64,000 nucleotides of DNA from an uncultured Candidatus Saccharibacteria bacterium (lineage in GTDB: Bacteria > Patescibacteriota > Saccharimonadia > CAILAD01 > JADZBC01), in contig CAZRJR010000001.1 of the NCBI GenBank assembly GCA_964600985.1, forward strand, positions 399,431-463,430. Reading direction: 5' to 3'. This document shows positions 57,287 through 64,000 of this stretch, in pieces. The notes under the pieces were generated by a model. It was not told the DNA's origin, ran no database searches, and was given only the letters and a program-made list of their open reading frames with translations. Each line of letters starts with the position of its first letter. Position 1 is the stretch's first letter. The translations under genes were made by a program, and so were the position numbers.

Positions 57287-57354
57287 AACCCTACCTTATG
57301 TAAGCTATTATATACAGCCCAGGGGGTATTGCGCAAACTATTGTTCCAATTCGC

Positions 57355-58116
57355 TCAAGCTAACGTAAGTATCTCGGCGCCTGACTCAGTAATTAAAATC
57401 GTGTGTTCACTCTGTGCCGCCAGTGAACCATCGCTCGTTATACATGTCCAGCCGTCATCGGCCATTACGAGCTCTTCAGTCCCAATCGACGCAATTGGCT
57501 CGAGCGCAATTGTCATGCCAGCCCGAAGCACTTGCCCCGTACCACGCGTACCGTCGTTACCGATCCACGGTTCTTCGTGCACTCTATGGCCGACGCCGTG
57601 CCCACCGAGTGACTGCAACACATAAAAGCCATGCTTCTGGATCGTTTCGCCAATAACAGCACTAATGTCTCCCACGCGAACACCATCACGCACTACGCCA
57701 ATCCCCCGTGACAGGGCCTCCTCGGTAGCTCGAATGAGCCTCTCGGCTTTTGGATTAGTACTCACACCCAGCACAAAGCTAATGGCGCTGTCAGTAATAA
57801 GTCCGTTGTGCTCCACACCAAAGTCGTACTTAATAAGGTCGCCCGAGCGAATTACTCGCTCTCCAGGAATACCGTGTACAATTTCTTCGTTTACCGATAT
57901 ACAGATTGAACCCGGGAAGCCTTCGTAACCCAAGAAGGCTGGCCGTACACCATGTGCATCAAGCTGCTGGCGGGCTATTTGGTCGACTTCCATAGTGGTC
58001 ATGCCGTCGACTGTAGCCTGCCTAAGGTACTGTAGAATTGTACCCAACACCTTGCCGCCATGACGCATTGCGGCGATCTCGTCGGTGGTTTTAATTTGTG
58101 TCCTCATGCCAACCAA
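57355..58116 (-). CDS. map: type I methionine aminopeptidase
   Basis: 253 aa with conserved metal ligands (D..D..H..E..E pattern). Starts MVGMRTQIKTTDEIAAMRHGGKV. Confidence 0.9.
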   Translation of the reverse strand: MVGMRTQIKTTDEIAAMRHGGKVLGTILQYLRQATVDGMTTMEVDQIARQQLDAHGVRPAFLGYEGFPGSICISVNEEIVHGIPGERVIRSGDLIKYDFGVEHNGLITDSAISFVLGVSTNPKAERLIRATEEALSRGIGVVRDGVRVGDISAVIGETIQKHGFYVLQSLGGHGVGHRVHEEPWIGNDGTRGTGQVLRAGMTIALEPIASIGTEELVMADDGWTCITSDGSLAAQSEHTILITESGAEILTLA

Positions 58117-58652
58117 TCCTTTACTGCGGCTTGTAGCGCGTCCTCAACTACATTTGGCGAAGGCTCGCCATCGATCTCGACAAGTCGATGTGTAGACTGA
58201 TAATACGACAACACTGGCGCTGTTTCCCGCTCGAATACCTCGAGGCGGTGCTTAATTACCACAGACTGATCGTCGGCTCGTCCGCGCACGCTTAAACGCT
58301 CTTCGGCAGTCCGCTTTGCTATACGCAGATAATATACACATAGTTTCGCATCCCCACCTATTACTCCATCCAGCCAGCGAGCCTGCTGTTCACGACGCGG
58401 GAAGCCGTCAAATATAATGGTGGCTTCCTGCGTAGTATTCGCAATAGCTTGCTCAACCCGCTCGTTCACCAAGCTATCTGGTATAAGTCCACCCTCCTGC
58501 AGGATAGCGGCAACCTCGGTATCTGCCTTGGCAATGTCGCGGGCAATATCCCCAGTCTTAATGATCACGGCATTAGTTTTGGCAGCCAAGCGCTCGGCCT
58601 GTGTGTCTTTACCGGCCCCCGGCATACCTATAATCACAATAAACCGTTTCAT
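58104..58652 (-). CDS. adk: adenylate kinase
   Basis: Start at ATG 58652 (MKRFIVIIGMPGAGKDTQAERLA, P-loop). ATGA overlap with the dgkA-like stop. Confidence 0.9.
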   Translation of the reverse strand: MKRFIVIIGMPGAGKDTQAERLAAKTNAVIIKTGDIARDIAKADTEVAAILQEGGLIPDSLVNERVEQAIANTTQEATIIFDGFPRREQQARWLDGVIGGDAKLCVYYLRIAKRTAEERLSVRGRADDQSVVIKHRLEVFERETAPVLSYYQSTHRLVEIDGEPSPNVVEDALQAAVKDWLA

Positions 58653-59029
58653 TTCACCAACATCTGATACACGCGGGGTGCAAATATACATACAGCGATT
58701 GCCAAAGCACCAAAAGCACATACCAGCACTCCACCAGCCGTCATATCTTTTACAAGCTGTACCACCTGGTTGCGTTCGGTGGTAATAAGATCAAGTGTGC
58801 GCTCCACGGCCGTATTAGTAATCTCGGCGAAGAAAACCAGAATAATGGCAAATATAACCAGTGATAGCTGGAAGATTGATATCTGAAAGAACCAGCTGGC
58901 AACTATAGCTAGGAGTGCAAAAGCGATATGAATGCGAGCATTGCGCTCCCGACTAATAACCGCGCCCAGCCCCTTAAATGCATGTCGAAAGCTAGTGAAT
59001 GTTACCATCAAAAATGTCCCTTGAGTCAA
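58649..59029 (-). CDS. dgkA: diacylglycerol/undecaprenol kinase family membrane protein
   Basis: 126 aa, 3 TM, FRHAFKG N-terminal motif. Start uncertain (M1 or M8). Confidence 0.7.
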   Translation of the reverse strand: MTQGTFLMVTFTSFRHAFKGLGAVISRERNARIHIAFALLAIVASWFFQISIFQLSLVIFAIILVFFAEITNTAVERTLDLITTERNQVVQLVKDMTAGGVLVCAFGALAIAVCIFAPRVYQMLVK

Positions 59030-59477
59030 CCTTTAGCCTACTTATAATATCATTTTGGAGGGCCCGGAAGCCAGTGTTAGCCATGCCAGAGTGGTCATAA
59101 CCAAGGAGATGCAAAACACCGTGCACGAAGAGGAGAATATACTCGCTGTATTCGCTCACACCATGCTCCGAGGCCTGACGCTGAGCCACATCGGTACAGA
59201 TCACCACTTCACCAATCGTATCTTGCTCAGAGGGCTCACCATCGTCGTCTTCGAAGTAGTTAAAGCTTAGGACGTCGGTTGCATAGTCATTGCCAGCAAA
59301 TTGGTTATTCAATCGACGAGCCTGGGCCTCGTCCACAAACGCCAAATTAACTACCCCCTGAGTATCAGCCGATCCACTCGCCGCCAAAACTACCTCTAAA
59401 GCCGAGCGAAAATCTGCCCGACTTGGGCTGCTTTGTGAGTCAGGAATGCTAGTAGCAAAAGTAAGCGTAAGTGCCAT
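58992..59477 (-). CDS. ybeY: rRNA maturation endoribonuclease YbeY
   Basis: HGVLHLLGYDH zinc-binding motif. 161 aa. Confidence 0.85.
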   Translation of the reverse strand: MALTLTFATSIPDSQSSPSRADFRSALEVVLAASGSADTQGVVNLAFVDEAQARRLNNQFAGNDYATDVLSFNYFEDDDGEPSEQDTIGEVVICTDVAQRQASEHGVSEYSEYILLFVHGVLHLLGYDHSGMANTGFRALQNDIISRLKVDSRDIFDGNIH

Positions 59478-59487
59478 ATTGCCCTAT

Positions 59488-59925
59488 TTAGCGAGCGAGC
59501 TCTTCGCGCACAACCCGACTGACCAGTCCGCCATCTGCTTGGCCGGCCAGTTTAGCCATTGCCTGGCCGATTATCTGACCCATTTGGGCGTCAGGGCTAG
59601 AAGCAATAACCTCTTGTACTACCACTCGCACATCCTCTTCGGATGCCTGGGCGGGTAAGTAGTGCTCAATTTCCTTAAGCTCCGCTGATTCCTCAGCTAC
59701 CAAATCATCGCGACCAGCCTTCGTATAGGCGTCAATCGAATCACGGCGCTTCTTGGCTTCCTTCTGCAAGACGGCCATCATTTCCTGGGCAGAAAGTTCG
59801 TGCCCCACCTCGATCTGCTGGTTTTTAAGTGCGCTTTTGAGCAAACGTAGCACCTGGAGTCGCAATTGATCACGTTCGCGCATTGCGGCCGCTAGATCAG
59901 CTTCGAGCTGCTCTACAAGCTGCAT
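59488..59925 (-). CDS. yqeY: GatB/YqeY domain protein
   Basis: 145 aa, all-helical. It sits next to rpsU, which is the conserved context for this family. Confidence 0.75.
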   Translation of the reverse strand: MQLVEQLEADLAAAMRERDQLRLQVLRLLKSALKNQQIEVGHELSAQEMMAVLQKEAKKRRDSIDAYTKAGRDDLVAEESAELKEIEHYLPAQASEEDVRVVVQEVIASSPDAQMGQIIGQAMAKLAGQADGGLVSRVVREELAR

Positions 59926-59926
59926 A

Positions 59927-60136
59927 TTACTTCATCCCAAGTAGTTCGCGGGACTTTTGTTCTTTACGACGAGCCTTACGAATGGCCACAGCACGAGCTT
60001 CGGTTTTCGAGATTGGCTTCTCAAAATAACGCTTACGACGGGCTTCGCCCAATACGCCTGACTGGATGACTTTTTTATTAAAACGACGGATTAAACTCTC
60101 AATCGATTCTTTTTCTTTTGCAGTTACTTGTAACAA
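59927..60136 (-). CDS. rpsU: 30S ribosomal protein S21
   Basis: 69 aa, basic, matches the S21 pattern (...RRFNKKV...GVLGEARRKRYFEKP). Confidence 0.9.
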   Translation of the reverse strand: MLQVTAKEKESIESLIRRFNKKVIQSGVLGEARRKRYFEKPISKTEARAVAIRKARRKEQKSRELLGMK

Positions 60137-60258
60137 ACGAGCTCCTTACTTTTGCTCCTACCGCAATCCGTAGATAGTTATGGCAGGAACAAATCATGAT
60201 TTGATATAGATTCATGGCTGATTATACGCTAAACAACCTATTTCTTCAACCCCTGTGG

Positions 60259-61995
60259 TCAAGTGGCGGGCCGTATGTCTACCACCTCAAGCTGCAAGCG
60301 CTCAACCCCCTGCCACACATTCATCCCTAACCTGAAAGCAACCTCTACCTCACTACCTAGTTGCAACCATGGCCACCGGTCCTGAGCATTAAATGCAATA
60401 GCGCCTATTTCTCTGGTATTAGCCATAAACCCTAGCTGGAGATGTTTTAAATCGCTACCGACCGGACGTAAGCGCACCACTTCGAGTAGCGAGGAGAACA
60501 CAGGCTGCTTGTTACCGTTGCCGAATGGCTCAAACTCACGAAGGGCCTGCATGAGATCTAAGCCAAGGATACTGGGCGCTAACTTAGCCTGAATAAGCAG
60601 CGCCTTATCCTGACCTAACTCAGCCTTATGACGAGCGGCGTACTGGTTAAGTGCTCCTCGAAAAGCAGGAATTTTAGTTGTACTGAGCGTCATGCCGGCA
60701 GCAAAAGCATGGCCGCCAAAGCGCTCAAGATGCGAAGACGCGGCAGATATGGCATTGATAATGCTAAAGTTCCCGACACTCCGAGCAGAGCCCTTAGAAA
60801 CCCCATCGAGTTCCTGCAGGATTATGGTGGGCTTATGCAGTGCCTCACTTACACGACTGGCCACAAGACCAACTATACCGTGCGACCAGTTCGGATCTGA
60901 GAGCACCAAAATCGCGTCGCCCGAGTACTGCGTAGACTGCTCCATAGCCTCGGTATATATCCGTAACGTGTCCTGCTGACGTTCATGATTTAGCTTACTG
61001 AGCTCTTCAGCTAGTGACTTAGCTCGATCAGTATCTTCGGTGGTAAGTAATTCCAGAGCCTTGGCAGCATGCTCGAGTCGACCAGCAGCATTTAAGCGTG
61101 GGCCCAGGCGAAAGCCTAAGTCACTTGCCTGCAGCTGGGCCAGTTCTACTCCGCTCGCCTCAGCTAGAGCTCGAATGCCGCGCCGAGGTGATTTGCGTAA
61201 TACCGTTAAGCCGAACCGTACCAAAGCGCGATTCTCCCCCGTGAGTGGCACCACATCGCACACGCTGCCAAGTGCTACCAGGTCAAGTAGCCACTTTTCT
61301 CGACCAGGTCTAACCTTACTGGGGTTGCGTGTGACAAGCGCACTAGCCAGCTTGAAAGCCACGCCAACGCCAGCGAGATCCTTAAATGGATAGATATCAC
61401 CCGGCAACCTGGGATTTATGCAGGCCACCGCAGCTTTGGGGATTTCCGCAGGTACCGTATGGTGATCCGTTATAATCACGTCAAGACCATAGCTAGCAGC
61501 CTCCTGCACCTCGTGCGCTGCGGTAATACCACAATCAACACTTACTATCAGATTCACCCCTGAGTCTTTGAGTTTCTTCAGGGCCGTGGCATTCAAGCCA
61601 TAGCCTTCTTCAAAGCGATCGGGGATGTACGGCTCAGCCCGTGCGCCTAATTGACTCAAGGTGTCTAATAACAGCGCCGTGGCACTAATACCATCTATGT
61701 CATAATCTCCATAGATGGTAATGTGTTGGCCTGCAGCTATAGCCTGCTCAATTCTTAGGGCAGCTTGCTCCACACCACTCATAGCAAAAGAGTCATGAAG
61801 CTGATCATACGATGGCGCAAAGAACTCGTTTCGCTCCACCTGATTAATCCCTAACCCACGCAGCAACAAAGCAGTCACCGCGGCGACTGAAGCAATGGGC
61901 TCACTGCTGGCGTCGTATTGCCATACATATGCCTTGCCATTTACCGAAGTAGAGGAAGATTTTGTACTTTTTTTGTTACGCGAAGCTCGGGTCAT
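60259..61995 (-). CDS. recJ: single-stranded-DNA exonuclease RecJ
   Basis: DHH motifs (YGDYDIDG, VIITDHH) plus DHHA1 and OB domains. 578 aa. Confidence 0.9.
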   Translation of the reverse strand: MTRASRNKKSTKSSSTSVNGKAYVWQYDASSEPIASVAAVTALLLRGLGINQVERNEFFAPSYDQLHDSFAMSGVEQAALRIEQAIAAGQHITIYGDYDIDGISATALLLDTLSQLGARAEPYIPDRFEEGYGLNATALKKLKDSGVNLIVSVDCGITAAHEVQEAASYGLDVIITDHHTVPAEIPKAAVACINPRLPGDIYPFKDLAGVGVAFKLASALVTRNPSKVRPGREKWLLDLVALGSVCDVVPLTGENRALVRFGLTVLRKSPRRGIRALAEASGVELAQLQASDLGFRLGPRLNAAGRLEHAAKALELLTTEDTDRAKSLAEELSKLNHERQQDTLRIYTEAMEQSTQYSGDAILVLSDPNWSHGIVGLVASRVSEALHKPTIILQELDGVSKGSARSVGNFSIINAISAASSHLERFGGHAFAAGMTLSTTKIPAFRGALNQYAARHKAELGQDKALLIQAKLAPSILGLDLMQALREFEPFGNGNKQPVFSSLLEVVRLRPVGSDLKHLQLGFMANTREIGAIAFNAQDRWPWLQLGSEVEVAFRLGMNVWQGVERLQLEVVDIRPAT

Positions 61996-62062
61996 TACTC
62001 AAGTATAAGAGGAGTACGGTAACACTACAAACTATAAATGTTTAGGTGTGCCCAGATCGAGC

Positions 62063-62248
62063 TTAACGAGTGCGTGCTGCCAAATAATAGCTACTGTCAC
62101 CGCGTGATTTAAAACCGATTGGAGCATGGGCACGGTAGCTCTGACGATGCGAGAATAAAAACCGCTCAGTTTGAGCCATTTTGTCAGCTTTTTGCTTAAG
62201 AATATGTGGTTTTTCTATTTGCTGTCGAATTTTGTTTAGTATTTTCAT
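62063..62248 (-). CDS. small basic hypothetical protein (61 aa)
   Basis: Lies 4 nt downstream of the wHTH gene. No motif recognised. Weak call. Confidence 0.3.
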   Translation of the reverse strand: MKILNKIRQQIEKPHILKQKADKMAQTERFLFSHRQSYRAHAPIGFKSRGDSSYYLAARTR

Positions 62249-62251
62249 GAT

Positions 62252-62524
62252 TTACGCCTTTTTACGTGATGTTTTTAGAACCATACTCTGAAGCTCCTTA
62301 AACAACGGGAATGACTGATTTACCCAGTAGACCTTGGCATTACCCTCCTTAGCGGACTTAACATAGCCAATCTTTTCCATTTTGGCGAGTTCGCGCTGCA
62401 CATTGCCCGGATCTTCGCGCAGTATCTTCGCCAGACCGCGTACATGAACCCGATAGTCTGGATATTTACTGTAAATTGTAATGATTTTTCGTCTTGTTTT
62501 TGATGTTATGAAGAGCTTTAACAT
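62252..62524 (-). CDS. winged helix-turn-helix transcriptional regulator
   Basis: 90 aa. HTH region VRGLAKILREDPGNVQRELAKMEKIGYV followed by a beta-wing (AKVYWVN). Confidence 0.55.
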   Translation of the reverse strand: MLKLFITSKTRRKIITIYSKYPDYRVHVRGLAKILREDPGNVQRELAKMEKIGYVKSAKEGNAKVYWVNQSFPLFKELQSMVLKTSRKKA

Positions 62525-62688
62525 ATTGTTATTTTATCTACTTTATATTTATTTGAAACTTAAATTACTTAATTACTAGTATAAAACTACAACAGTCTAT
62601 AACACAACAGTTTTTTCGTACAATTTTTGTAATATATAGCCATTAGCGCAAAGCCAACCCTATCCGCTATAATACAAACGTAAGAATT

Positions 62689-63819
62689 ATGCCAGAATTA
62701 AACCCCCACCCTGCTACGCTCTGCCCAATCTGTAAAAAGCCGATGGTCCATACGACTTTTGGTGATGTATGCGTGGATTGCGACCAGATTGTTCGGCACA
62801 ACGATACCACTTACGCTCAAGGAGACCAAACCACTGCTCAAAATCACACCCCCCGCCCTCAACCCCGCTTGGATGTCTCGCCGATAAAACACTCGAGCCA
62901 TATCGCCACTCAAGGAGTTGCCTACGCACCGCCACGCCCTGCCCCTATAGCCACTAGGCCTTCCGACCACCCCCAAAGCCACGCAGGCGGCACACAGAGA
63001 GATGCGGGCAATAAAGATGCTATTGGATTTAACCAGCGCCTGAGAGCCCGTATGTGCCGTCTAGTAGTACCCGAGCTCCCCAGCAGTTCTAAAAACCTTA
63101 ATAGTCAGTTCGAGCTCCCATCAGCCCTTGCAGAACCGGAGCTACCAGCCCCCATTGATACTCTTGCTATACACGCTAGCGCCGTTGCAGTACAAGAGGA
63201 CTACAGAACCCAGAATACAACGCAACCACATACCGATCTCGCTTTCTTGCAAGCTGAAGCAATAGCAGAAATGGACACTCCCGCCAATACTATACAAACG
63301 TCGTCGTCCTCACCAGAAGTAACTGACAGCTTTACTCTACAAAACAAATCAATGCCGCCTTACAATAACCCTAAGTTCCTCATCGCCGGCATAAGCATTG
63401 CAACCATTGTAGTGTTGGGAGCAGGATTATGGGCAGCCCAACGTAACGCAGCCCTACAGCACACCAAAAAGCCAGCCAACCATTCCACTACCCCGCAACG
63501 GACACCTGTTGCGACCGAGGTTACTCAGCGGGATAATCAACGCAAAACCGACCTTAACAGCCTGGCAACAGCGTTAGAGGTATACAAGCAACAGCTCGGC
63601 ACCTATCCGGCCGGAGACGACATTAAAGTTCTTTACCCCCTACAGTACACGACGCCGCCCTACATAACTATCGTAAATTACGATCCATCCAGTGATGAGG
63701 ACACTAAGATTAAGTACAACTACAGCTCAGATGGCACCAGTTTTACAATTGTTGCCAGGCTGGAAGACCCGAGTGACCCCGACGCACAGAGCGGTTACTA
63801 CGTAGTGCGTAACAGATAG
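62689..63819 (+). CDS. chimeric zinc-ribbon / disordered linker / TM / pilin-like domain protein
   Basis: N-terminal CPICKKP...CVDCD ribbon, then about 200 aa of low-complexity P/Q/T-rich sequence, one TM (FLIAGISIATIVVLGAGLW), and a C-terminal domain starting RDNQRKTDLNSLATALEVYKQQLGTYP. That start is the alpha1C signature of type IV pilin and pseudopilin folds. Confidence 0.6.
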   Translation: MPELNPHPATLCPICKKPMVHTTFGDVCVDCDQIVRHNDTTYAQGDQTTAQNHTPRPQPRLDVSPIKHSSHIATQGVAYAPPRPAPIATRPSDHPQSHAGGTQRDAGNKDAIGFNQRLRARMCRLVVPELPSSSKNLNSQFELPSALAEPELPAPIDTLAIHASAVAVQEDYRTQNTTQPHTDLAFLQAEAIAEMDTPANTIQTSSSSPEVTDSFTLQNKSMPPYNNPKFLIAGISIATIVVLGAGLWAAQRNAALQHTKKPANHSTTPQRTPVATEVTQRDNQRKTDLNSLATALEVYKQQLGTYPAGDDIKVLYPLQYTTPPYITIVNYDPSSDEDTKIKYNYSSDGTSFTIVARLEDPSDPDAQSGYYVVRNR

Positions 63820-63825
63820 GAGAGC

Positions 63826-64000
63826 TTATTTGGGGTTCTTTTTGGCTTTATAATTATTCCAAACCACCAGCATTGGCGAGGCGTTAAAGATCGAAGAGTA
63901 AGTACCCGAGATAATACCTACAAGCAGAGCAAACACAAAGAGACGTATTGATTCACCACCAAACAACAGCAAAGCACTCAGGGTAAGGATAACTGTGATC
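63826..64000 (-). CDS. SecD/SecF-family protein export membrane protein, C-terminal end (5' part outside window)
   Basis: Open frame to the window edge ending ...LVGIISGTYSSIFNASPMLVVWNNYKAKKNPK*, the conserved SecF/SecD C-terminal TM. Confidence 0.55.
   Translation of the reverse strand, partial: ITVILTLSALLLFGGESIRLFVFALLVGIISGTYSSIFNASPMLVVWNNYKAKKNPK

Noticed and set aside
1-64000. Search for tRNA/rRNA genes, CRISPR repeats, IS elements and integrases
   Set aside because: No TPsiC-loop/acceptor arrangements (several GTTCGA-like hits failed to form T-arms), no repeat-spacer arrays and no transposase or integrase ORFs were found. Absence is by eye only and should be confirmed with tRNAscan-SE, Infernal and ISfinder.

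Overview
This 64-kb window looks like a compact, gene-dense bacterial chromosome segment. The profile fits a reduced-genome Patescibacteria/CPR organism, plausibly a Saccharibacteria-like epibiont, but this is inference from these traits only: about 50% GC, many 1-20 nt gene overlaps, weak or absent Shine-Dalgarno sites, leaderless starts, and Lys/Pro/Ala-rich tails on housekeeping proteins.

The content is mostly core housekeeping:
- lysS (partial), greA, and a PBP2-mreDCB cell-shape operon
- an rseP-uppS-frr-tsf-rpsB operon
- pheA, an ABC exporter, relA/spoT, typA, hisS
- a MacB/FtsX-type ABC pair, a DUF2207 protein, a LOG-family protein and a Dda/RecD-like helicase
- rpmE-prfA-prmC, htrA, an LCP protein, lepB, parAB, rplU, trxB
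- a GGDEF cyclase, a SEDS protein, ileS, pyk, nrdR-ftsZ-ftsA, map-adk-dgkA-ybeY, rpsU, recJ and a partial secD/F

I found no rRNA, tRNA, CRISPR array, IS element or integrase.

The main anomalies are:
- Three self-contained, GC-rich micro-islands, each encoding one small (mostly membrane) protein closed by an actinobacterial-style GC-rich hairpin.
- One of these islands sits inside a duplicated TTGACA-N16/17-TAAAAT/TAATAT promoter upstream of an Rpf-type transglycosylase gene. I read these as candidate host (Actinobacteria)-derived cassettes.
- A T-box-like leader upstream of ileS with an ultrashort stem I. Its terminal loop carries the Ile codon AUC.
- A zinc-ribbon/TM/pilin-like chimeric protein.
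- A standalone GGDEF cyclase operon.
- An AadA-like nucleotidyltransferase next to a thioredoxin-fold remnant.
- A consensus promoter bracketed by TCTAGACT palindromes.

Coordinates were read by hand from the sequence and start codons are approximate.
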